A stretch of 62,607 bases of DNA from Candidatus Thorarchaeota archaeon (GTDB taxonomy: Archaea; Asgardarchaeota; Thorarchaeia; Thorarchaeales; Thorarchaeaceae): positions 1 to 62,607 of the forward strand of contig JBHLQS010000002.1 of NCBI GenBank assembly GCA_048883405.1, in the 5' to 3' direction. Below the pieces are notes generated by a model that was given only the letters and a program-made list of their open reading frames with translations, made no database searches and had not been told where the DNA came from. This document shows positions 55,605 to 62,607 of the stretch, in pieces; positions within the stretch are counted from its first letter, which is position 1; each line of letters begins with the position of its first letter. Made by a program: the position numbers and the translations under genes.

Positions 55605-56636
55605 CTAGAAGAAGTCCGTTAGTGAACTCTGATGTGTGGACTCTCTTGTTTCCTTCAGAGCTTTGTCCAATCGTTCCAGAGACTTCTCGACACGATTTGA
55701 GCTAAAGTCGTGTTCCCCACAGAGGATTCGAACAATCGCGTCACGGTCAGGATCAGCCCATTTCGGTTCCGCGACTTCCATCTTGGGAGGATTCAGAAAG
55801 ATGTTCCTTATCTCTTCATAGGGAAAGTCCAGTTTGATCTCACGTTCCTTCTCAATCTTCTCAAGACTTCCATACTGCTTGATCCATTTTAGTGCAGTCT
55901 TGGCACCCACACCCTCCAGCTTGTCGTTGTAGTCAGTTCCAATGAGGATGGCAATGTCAATGAGTTGTTCTCGAGTTATCTCCAGATGCCTGAGATTCAA
56001 GTCCAGATCAATGATCTCAGGACTGATTGTCCTATACTTGGAACGTCCAAATCTCCTTCTTCCCGAGATATTCAGATTCCTAATCATCCGAGGACAGTTG
56101 TATAGCAGTGAGTCATTGTCCTGACTTGCACTTGCCCATACGATGTTAGCCCTAGTCATCTGCGCAGCCAGAGCCTCACCCTCAGATGGTGCTTGTATCA
56201 CTGGGATCCCGAGAGCTTCTAACAGCTCCTTACTCTCCTCAATCATGGGACTGGTCAGTCTGGAGCTGGCTTGTCCGGCTTTCCGTGCATCCTCTATTCG
56301 ACCCTCTGCCTTTGCTCGCGCCCACTCTTCTCTTGCAGCCTCGCGAATCTCTTGCCGTCGTTGAACCTCTGCGTCTTTTAGCTTGGGAGCCTCACCGTCA
56401 AAAACAAAGGCTGGACTGATTCCGTTCTCTAGCAGGTTCAAGTTTCTATAGAAGAGTCCAGAGAGATGACTGGTCACACGACCTTGTCGATCCATGAGGG
56501 GTGTCCCATCGGGCTGTCTGATACTAGCGAGAAAGGCATAGATTGTGTTGAAGGCATCAATCGCAATTTTGCGTCCACCCAGCTCTCTCAATGAGATTTG
56601 CTCGGCAGTTACTATATCACCCAGTTTGGTACCCAT
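55605..56636 (-). CDS. fen: flap endonuclease 1
   Basis: MGTKLGDIV…IAIDAFNTIY…VFDGEAP…APSEGEA…GTDYN. Confidence 0.95.
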   Translation of the reverse strand: MGTKLGDIVTAEQISLRELGGRKIAIDAFNTIYAFLASIRQPDGTPLMDRQGRVTSHLSGLFYRNLNLLENGISPAFVFDGEAPKLKDAEVQRRQEIREAAREEWARAKAEGRIEDARKAGQASSRLTSPMIEESKELLEALGIPVIQAPSEGEALAAQMTRANIVWASASQDNDSLLYNCPRMIRNLNISGRRRFGRSKYRTISPEIIDLDLNLRHLEITREQLIDIAILIGTDYNDKLEGVGAKTALKWIKQYGSLEKIEKEREIKLDFPYEEIRNIFLNPPKMEVAEPKWADPDRDAIVRILCGEHDFSSNRVEKSLERLDKALKETRESTHQSSLTDFF

Positions 56637-56811
56637 AAGATACTCTCCAGACTTGCTAGCAGGTCTTCATAGTCTCTACAACCATATATGGATTAAGCTC
56701 AATCGTGACGTGTTGCGAAGGGTATACGCTTCGACAGGTTTATAAAAACCGCACGGCTGGGCCCATGAAACGCAACCATCAATAATACCCTTTGGTGATA
56801 ATTTGTCCAAT

Positions 56812-56979
56812 ATGAGAGCTATCAGATGCACTTCATGTCACCGTTCAATCTCCCCACAAGAGAACAGCGTGAAGTTTCAGTGTCCATCATGCGGCGAATT
56901 CATGATCTGGCGGTGCGAGGTCTGTAGACGCTTCTCTGTCAAGTATAGCTGCCCCAATTGCGCATTCGATGGGCCATAG
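56812..56979 (+). CDS. small zinc-ribbon protein (COG2888-type, translation-associated), 55 aa, below ORF-track cutoff
   Basis: Hand translation: MRAIRCTSCHRSISPQENSVKFQCPSCGEFMIWRCEVCRRFSVKYSCPNCAFDGP*. Four CxxC pairs; lies directly upstream of aEF-1beta as in many archaea. Confidence 0.7.
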   Translation: MRAIRCTSCHRSISPQENSVKFQCPSCGEFMIWRCEVCRRFSVKYSCPNCAFDGP

Positions 56980-57001
56980 TTAGAAACGGATTTGATTTGT
57001 A

Positions 57002-57268
57002 ATGGCGAGAGTTGTTGTCACATTAAAGATAATGCCAAAAGACGTAGATATCAATCTTGAGGATCTATTGGAACGTATCAAGTCCAATATTCCGCATGGG
57101 ACAGATGTCCGAGCAACTGAGATAGTTCCCGTGGCATTCGGCTTGAAGGCAATAAGGATGAATGTTGCCAGAGAAGAATCGATGGGCGGCACTGACGATA
57201 TTGAAGAAGCCATTGGTTCTCTTGAAGGTGTGGCCCAGGTCGAAGTCGAAATGGTTTCGCGCATGTAG
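57002..57268 (+). CDS. ef1b: elongation factor 1-beta (aEF-1beta)
   Basis: VVVTLKIMPKDVDINLEDL…IVPVAFGLKAI…VEVEMVSRM. Confidence 0.85.
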   Translation: MARVVVTLKIMPKDVDINLEDLLERIKSNIPHGTDVRATEIVPVAFGLKAIRMNVAREESMGGTDDIEEAIGSLEGVAQVEVEMVSRM

Positions 57269-57496
57269 AGAGATTCGCGCCATCTGTCCAACGCGTTCTG
57301 AAATAACGATTAGAACTCAGGGTTTATAACTAGTATTTCATCGGAATCCTCGGTAAATCTCCTTCTCCTTGAGCCTGATTATGTTGGTGTTAAAAAACCC
57401 TTTATGGGAACCTGAGAGAGAGGAGTTGAAGGTCGTCGGTAAGCCGTCCTGTCTCTGAGCTATGAGAATCCACAACCAAAAGGATGTGGCCAAGCA

Positions 57497-59698
57497 TTGG
57501 TCGAAATAGTACTAAAGGTAACAGAAGCCGAGCATCGGGACATTGGTCGATTCATTGTTAGAATCGATGCCATGTCCATGGAGAAACTGGGCGTAAGAAC
57601 TGGAGACATTATCCAAATCAAGGGAAAGCGTGTGACTGCTGCCATAGCTTGGCCAGCTTATCAAGGAGATAAAGGCCGAGAGATCATCAGAATGGATGGT
57701 CGAATAAGACGAAACGCAGGAGTCAGTTTGAGCGAAAAAGTCACTGTTTCACGTGCGAATGAGGAACCCGCACGTAATATCACTCTTGCACCAACATCAG
57801 TACCGATTCGTCCAGAGCCTAGATTTGAGGAGTTCGTCAAGCGCAAACTTCTCAACTGCCCTGTCACCACAAATGACACGGTTTTCATTCCAATTCTAGG
57901 ACGGGCCATCCCCTTCAAAGTCACTGGCGTGAAGCCAGCCGGGACGGTTGTGGTTCAACACTCTACAATGCTCTCAATCGCAGAGAAGCCAACTGGAGAT
58001 GTGGTTGGAGCGGCACAGGTGACCTACGAGGAGATTGGTGGTCTTGCTGATGCGATTCAGAGAATCCGCGAGATGGTAGAGCTACCAATGCGACATCCAG
58101 AGATTTTCAAGCGTCTCGGTATTGATCCACCGCGCGGTCTGATTCTGCATGGTCCACCTGGGACGGGGAAGACCTTGCTTGCCAAGGCTGTAGCGGGAGA
58201 GTCGGAAGCCAATTTTGTACACATTAATGGGCCAGAAATCATGTCTAAGTTCTACGGAGAGTCAGAACAGAAGCTGAGGAAAATCTTCGAGGAAGCAGAG
58301 GAGAATGCTCCAAGTATCATATTCATAGATGAGTTAGATGCCATTGCACCCAAACGAGAAGATGTGCAAGGCGAGGTTGAGAGACGCGTTGTGGCTCAGC
58401 TATTGGCAACCATGGATGGTCTCAAGGCGAGAGGCCAAGTGATTGTAATAGGAGCCACTAACCGAGTGAATGCACTTGATCCTGCATTGCGAAGACCTGG
58501 ACGATTTGATAGAGAGATAGAGATTGGGGTGCCTGACGAGACTGGTCGATTGGAGGTGCTCCACATACATTCACGTGGAATGCCACTGACTGCTGAAGGG
58601 GACAATCGGGTTGACCTTCAGGTCCTAGCCCATATTACGCACGGTTTTGTGGGGGCAGACCTGAACGCACTATGTAGAGAGGCAGCGATGAAGGCACTTA
58701 GAAGATACCTTCCGCAGTTCAATCTGGAGGATGAGGAGATTCCTCAAGAGGTCCTTGATCAACTTGAAGTCAATAGTGAGGACTTTCTAGATGCGCTCAG
58801 AGAGATACAGCCATCTGCAGTGAGAGAGGTATTCATTGAGGTTCCAAATGTCAGATGGTCAGATGTTGGCGGTCTTGAGGAGGTCAAGGAGAAGCTCAAG
58901 GAGGTTGTTGAATGGCCGCTGAAAACGCCAGAGGCATTCAAGAAGTTCGGAATCGAGCCACCAAGGGGTGTGTTGATTTTTGGACCCCCTGGATGCGGAA
59001 AGACGCTCCTGGCTAAAGCTGTAGCTACTGAGAGTGACGCGAACTTCATTAGCGTTAAGGGACCCGAATTGTTGTCAAAATGGGTTGGTGAGAGTGAGAA
59101 GGCAGTAAGAGAAGTGTTCCGGAAAGCTCGAACTGCGGCACCAGCGATAATATTCTTTGATGAACTTGACTCAATTGCTCCCTCAAGAGGCAGAGTCTCT
59201 GGAGACAGCAATGTGACTGAAAGAATGGTGAGCCAACTACTCACTGAGATGGACGGCTTAGAATCAATGAAGGATCTCGTAGTCGTTGCCGCAACCAACC
59301 GACCCGACCTTATAGACCGAGCCCTTCTCAGAAAGGGAAGATTCGATAGATGGATCTACATCCCACCACCCACTGCAAAGGGACGCGAAGCAATTTTCGA
59401 GATATACTTGGACAGAATGCCCCTTGACAAGGATGTGAATATCAAGAAATTGGTGGAAATGACTGAGAATTTCGTTGGTGGTGACATCGAGAACCTATGC
59501 AAGGAGGCGGGAATGCATGCCCTCAAAGAGAATCGTACAAATGAAATAGATTCTGTTTATTGGAGACATTTCGAGGAGGCATTGAAGGCAGTGCAGGCCT
59601 CCATTACGCCCAAGGACATCGCGGACTACGAGAAGATGAATGAGGAATTCCAGAGAACAGCGGCAAAGCCATCAACTGCGCCGCCAGGCTATATATAG
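57497..59698 (+). CDS. cdc48: CDC48/VCP-type AAA+ ATPase
   Basis: N-domain ([10 protein letters not shown]), two AAA modules ([15 protein letters not shown] / IIFIDELD; [15 protein letters not shown] / IIFFDELD). TTG start. Confidence 0.95.
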   Translation: MVEIVLKVTEAEHRDIGRFIVRIDAMSMEKLGVRTGDIIQIKGKRVTAAIAWPAYQGDKGREIIRMDGRIRRNAGVSLSEKVTVSRANEEPARNITLAPTSVPIRPEPRFEEFVKRKLLNCPVTTNDTVFIPILGRAIPFKVTGVKPAGTVVVQHSTMLSIAEKPTGDVVGAAQVTYEEIGGLADAIQRIREMVELPMRHPEIFKRLGIDPPRGLILHGPPGTGKTLLAKAVAGESEANFVHINGPEIMSKFYGESEQKLRKIFEEAEENAPSIIFIDELDAIAPKREDVQGEVERRVVAQLLATMDGLKARGQVIVIGATNRVNALDPALRRPGRFDREIEIGVPDETGRLEVLHIHSRGMPLTAEGDNRVDLQVLAHITHGFVGADLNALCREAAMKALRRYLPQFNLEDEEIPQEVLDQLEVNSEDFLDALREIQPSAVREVFIEVPNVRWSDVGGLEEVKEKLKEVVEWPLKTPEAFKKFGIEPPRGVLIFGPPGCGKTLLAKAVATESDANFISVKGPELLSKWVGESEKAVREVFRKARTAAPAIIFFDELDSIAPSRGRVSGDSNVTERMVSQLLTEMDGLESMKDLVVVAATNRPDLIDRALLRKGRFDRWIYIPPPTAKGREAIFEIYLDRMPLDKDVNIKKLVEMTENFVGGDIENLCKEAGMHALKENRTNEIDSVYWRHFEEALKAVQASITPKDIADYEKMNEEFQRTAAKPSTAPPGYI

Positions 59699-59711
59699 AG
59701 AGGGAAAAAGA

Positions 59712-59972
59712 ATGACTTCGTGGAGCGTCATGCCTCTCAGAAACATAGTGATGGAGATACTTCAGAAGAGAAGAGGAGTCATTCTTGATGACGAGCTTGA
59801 GAGATCGTTGAAGAAGGCGCTTGGACAAGAGCCAAGCGATGCTGAGCTAAACTCTGCTCTTATGGAGCTGGAGATTAACGGTCTCGTGCATGTGAGCCAA
59901 ATCACAAAGACGAAAAGACGGATCGAAGTCATAACTGAGAGTCACGAGTTCTTGGCTGTAGACGAGGACTAG
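59712..59972 (+). CDS. hypothetical small protein downstream of cdc48
   Basis: 86 aa from ATG 59712; the track start 59640 lies inside cdc48. No motif recognised. Confidence 0.4.
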   Translation: MTSWSVMPLRNIVMEILQKRRGVILDDELERSLKKALGQEPSDAELNSALMELEINGLVHVSQITKTKRRIEVITESHEFLAVDED

Positions 59973-59983
59973 TCGAGGAACTG

Positions 59984-60451
59984 ATGATGCCAGACAAACG
60001 TGTTCTAGCTGCGGGCAAGTTCGACATTCTGCATCTTGGACATCTGGCATATCTGCGGCAGGCAAAGGAGGTTGCTGGTGACGACGGCGAGCTTATTGTG
60101 GTAATAGCCCTGGACAAGACTATCGAAAAGGAGAGGGGTGCTCCGCCTGTCTTTCCTCAAGAGCAACGCAGGAAACTCGTTGAGGCGCTAGATGTCGTTG
60201 ATAGAGCGATCCTTGGATATGACACAACCGATCACACCCTCATTGTTGCAGATGTGAAACCAGATATCGTTGCACTTGGCTACGATCAAGTGACCGATGT
60301 TCAATCTCTGGAGAGGAAATTCCAGGAGAAGCACATGCCTACGAAAATCGTTCGGCTGAAACATCAAAAAGCAGACGGTCTGTGCTCCTCAACCATGATT
60401 CGTGAACGAATTATCCAGTTCTACCGCGAGAATGGCAGAGTCAAGACCTGA
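59984..60451 (+). CDS. ribL: cytidylyltransferase-fold protein, probably archaeal FAD synthetase RibL
   Basis: VLAAGKFDILHLGHLAYLRQAK (HxGH), ~155 aa, …SSTMIRERI. Confidence 0.65.
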   Translation: MMPDKRVLAAGKFDILHLGHLAYLRQAKEVAGDDGELIVVIALDKTIEKERGAPPVFPQEQRRKLVEALDVVDRAILGYDTTDHTLIVADVKPDIVALGYDQVTDVQSLERKFQEKHMPTKIVRLKHQKADGLCSSTMIRERIIQFYRENGRVKT

Positions 60452-60452
60452 T

Positions 60453-61859
60453 TCACATAACGAGCTCGCCGCGCGCTCTCGCATCTCGGAGCATGATAGC
60501 CCTTCTCCGCCGTCTATCAATGGTCCACTTCCATATGCCAATTGCAATTCCTGTAAGGGCTGCGAGACCAATCACCCCCAGAAATGTGTACAGACCAAAT
60601 GGAAAATGCACGAAGAAATCCGGAAGCGGCCCTGTTATTAGATACGGCCAGTTCACAATAACTCCAAATGCATAGAGAAAGCCCACGATTGTCAGCTCCT
60701 TTAGATAGCCGACCTTGTGTTCATCATCTTCAAAGAGGAATATTGCGGGACCCAACCAAAACAGGTACCAGGGCATTTCCCATCTGAACACAAAGAGAAT
60801 TGCGGGGAGCATGTAGATGTAGAACGGCTTCAAGAGATTGATTTTACCCAAAAAAGATGCATCGCGAAAAGCCTCACTGTCAGGAAGATAGAGACGAATA
60901 GTAGACAGCATGAAGGCGGCATATATCAGAAGCGGAATTAGAGCGGGCGGCCATGGATAGCTGCTAATGACTGTGCTGTTTTCTATAATTGGAGAGGCTA
61001 TGAATAGACCAGGGTACATTGGGTTCACTACATATGAGCTATAGGTGGAAGTGTTCAGGAAATGATTCAGCAATGAGCTGAAGTCAGCGCCTAGAAACAG
61101 AAATGGAATGACTGTTAGCAGCATAGATGCAACGAACCAGATGAGGGACACAGGTGCTGCAAGGAACATTATTGGAAGGGCAACCACCGAATAGATCTTG
61201 GTCTGGACCGATAGACCCAGTGCAAACATTGCCTTTCCATATTGTTTTTCCTGAAGAAGAACCAGTGACATGAGAAGGAGACAGTCTACAATTGGCTCGA
61301 GCTTACCTCCACCTGCTGACATAATCAGGCCATAGACATAGTATCCAGCGAAGAACATGCGTGCCCATTGGTTCTTGAAAATACGATCACCGAGAAGAAT
61401 TGCAACCAAGACAAGATTCAGATTGAACACAAGAGTCAGTAGGAAGTTAAGCCACAAGGGCTGTAAGCCACCCTGCCCAGGGAAGAGCCAAGTGGCTATA
61501 GAGAAGAAGACTAGACCGAATACGGGGTACTCATAGGTGATGTTGCCCAAATAGTCAGGAAGCACATGTAAGCCATCATTATATCCCCATTCTGGTGGAA
61601 GGGCTGCCGCCAGTTCATGGTCGTTCATCTCATAGACTTGGAATCCATATATCCAGAAAGCCTCACCGTACATCTCGTTTCGATTACGGTCGCGTTCTAT
61701 GACCAAGTAATTGGCGAAGGGGATAGCAATCATTGAGATTACTAAGCTCAGCACAAGCTCTCTACGGAATCGCCAGATTGTGATTGAGATTGCGCGGAGC
61801 ATTTTTGTTTCCACCAGCATCTTCAGTCGCACGATAGGATGGCGGCTGCTCGAGACCAT
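60453..61859 (-). CDS. polytopic membrane protein (possibly a GT-C-type glycosyltransferase)
   Basis: 468 aa, more than 10 hydrophobic segments. No catalytic motif confidently recognised. Confidence 0.4.
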   Translation of the reverse strand: MVSSSRHPIVRLKMLVETKMLRAISITIWRFRRELVLSLVISMIAIPFANYLVIERDRNRNEMYGEAFWIYGFQVYEMNDHELAAALPPEWGYNDGLHVLPDYLGNITYEYPVFGLVFFSIATWLFPGQGGLQPLWLNFLLTLVFNLNLVLVAILLGDRIFKNQWARMFFAGYYVYGLIMSAGGGKLEPIVDCLLLMSLVLLQEKQYGKAMFALGLSVQTKIYSVVALPIMFLAAPVSLIWFVASMLLTVIPFLFLGADFSSLLNHFLNTSTYSSYVVNPMYPGLFIASPIIENSTVISSYPWPPALIPLLIYAAFMLSTIRLYLPDSEAFRDASFLGKINLLKPFYIYMLPAILFVFRWEMPWYLFWLGPAIFLFEDDEHKVGYLKELTIVGFLYAFGVIVNWPYLITGPLPDFFVHFPFGLYTFLGVIGLAALTGIAIGIWKWTIDRRRRRAIMLRDARARGELVM

Positions 61860-61920
61860 AATTAAGGTTTTGTGAGCACAACGTACTCAGGCAGTATATA
61901 ACGACTCGCAATACATGCGG

Positions 61921-62607
61921 TCAGCCGAGGTAGGTCGGACAAGGCCATGTGTCACACTTCAGACAGTTTGTACACCTTTCGGAGTCAACTGATATCTTCT
62001 CATCATCAAGATTCAATGCATTATGGTCGCACTGAGGGATACATGACCCACATGCCTGACAAAAGAGCGCTCGCCTCACTACACGCTCCACTTGCTTGGC
62101 CAGAGCCTCAACCTCAGACTCATCCTTCCCACGTATGACCAAAGAACCAGAGCTGAATAAAGTGATTGTATTCTCTCCAGAGATTGCTCTGAGTGCTCCG
62201 AGTTCTTCAGACAGCCTAGTCCTGCCAAAGATAGGCATCAATCTTGATATTCGATCTAGATCGACACCTTCTGAGAATTGCCCCTCCAAGCTATATCCAG
62301 AATCTGTGCATGGAGAAACCCCCTGAATTACATCTAGCTCTAGGCGGTCAGTAGGTCCAGGACGAACATTTTCAATATCTAGCTCAAGTTCCTCTATCAA
62401 CTTCAATTGACCCGGGGGAAGACTCTTCCATCTCCAGAAACCAAGCTCAGCCCATTCCTGGGAATAACCAAGTCTTTCTGCCCAGTCGCCGAGTTTCTCT
62501 TTCCATCTCGCGTAGAGATTTGGATGAGTTTCGCGAAGACTCTCAATCTCGGCAAGGGGTGATGCAGGACACAGGTAACAACCCATTCTATGGTAGCCTT
62601 TATTGTA
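61921..62607 (-). CDS. PAPS-reductase-fold protein with C-terminal 4Fe-4S-type cysteine cluster (5' end outside window)
   Basis: Frame stays open upstream of the track Met: YNKGYHRMGCYLCP matches the Y..GY..hGC..C block of the PAPS reductase family. C-terminus CQACGSCIPQC…CTNCLKC. Confidence 0.55.
   Translation of the reverse strand, partial: YNKGYHRMGCYLCPASPLAEIESLRETHPNLYARWKEKLGDWAERLGYSQEWAELGFWRWKSLPPGQLKLIEELELDIENVRPGPTDRLELDVIQGVSPCTDSGYSLEGQFSEGVDLDRISRLMPIFGRTRLSEELGALRAISGENTITLFSSGSLVIRGKDESEVEALAKQVERVVRRALFCQACGSCIPQCDHNALNLDDEKISVDSERCTNCLKCDTWPCPTYLG

Noticed and set aside
58759-59298. 179-aa ORF antisense to cdc48
   Set aside because: It lies inside the second AAA module of an unambiguous Cdc48 frame.
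1-62607. CRISPR arrays, IS elements, integrases, toxin-antitoxin or recognisable defence cassettes
   Set aside because: I scanned by eye for regularly spaced repeats and for transposase, integrase or nuclease-like ORFs and found none. The only repeats seen are the tRNA-derived ones and the ABC-locus duplication.

Overview
This is an archaeal chromosomal window, densely coding, with no rRNA, CRISPR array, transposase or integrase that I could recognise.

**Core content**
- Two conserved archaeal information-processing clusters: eS19, PDCD5-like, eL39, eL31, aIF6, LX, prefoldin alpha, FtsY; and SecE, Spt5, uL11, uL1, P0, P1.
- Other housekeeping genes: Topo VI A/B, FEN1, Cdc48, the aIF1A-Rio1-KH cluster, NMD3, aIF2-beta, Zn-ribbon plus aEF-1beta, Nep1, Rpp21, FtsZ, and metabolic genes (argF, thiL, gcvPA/PB, ribL).

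**Eukaryote-like extras**
- A full-length type IB topoisomerase.
- A 992-aa surface protein whose C-terminal half looks like ribophorin I/OST1, next to an Alg7/AglH-type GlcNAc-1-P transferase.
- An Spt5 carrying a C2HC zinc-finger insertion.
- An RPA32/Stn1-like OB plus winged-helix protein.
- Together these suggest an Asgard (Thorarchaeota-like) or related lineage. That placement is inference only.

**RNA genes and repeats**
- Five tRNAs (Gly, Arg, Thr, Leu, Gln). tRNA-Arg and tRNA-Leu each carry a 32-nt intron at a non-canonical position (D-loop and T-arm).
- The 3' exon of tRNA-Leu is repeated twice downstream, bracketing single cargo genes.
- Two orphan tRNA 3'-end-like fragments flank a roughly 7-kb Lrp/ABC-transporter block. 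That block contains a segmental duplication and a Walker-A-deleted ABC relic.
- A G-rich, strongly base-paired intergenic element of about 220 nt (35.49-35.72 kb) is an unidentified ncRNA candidate.

**Annotation notes**
- Two short conserved genes, eL39 and a COG2888-type Zn-ribbon, are below the ORF-track cutoff. I recovered them by hand translation.
- Many genes appear to use TTG or GTG starts.
- All family assignments come from motif recognition by eye, not from searches.
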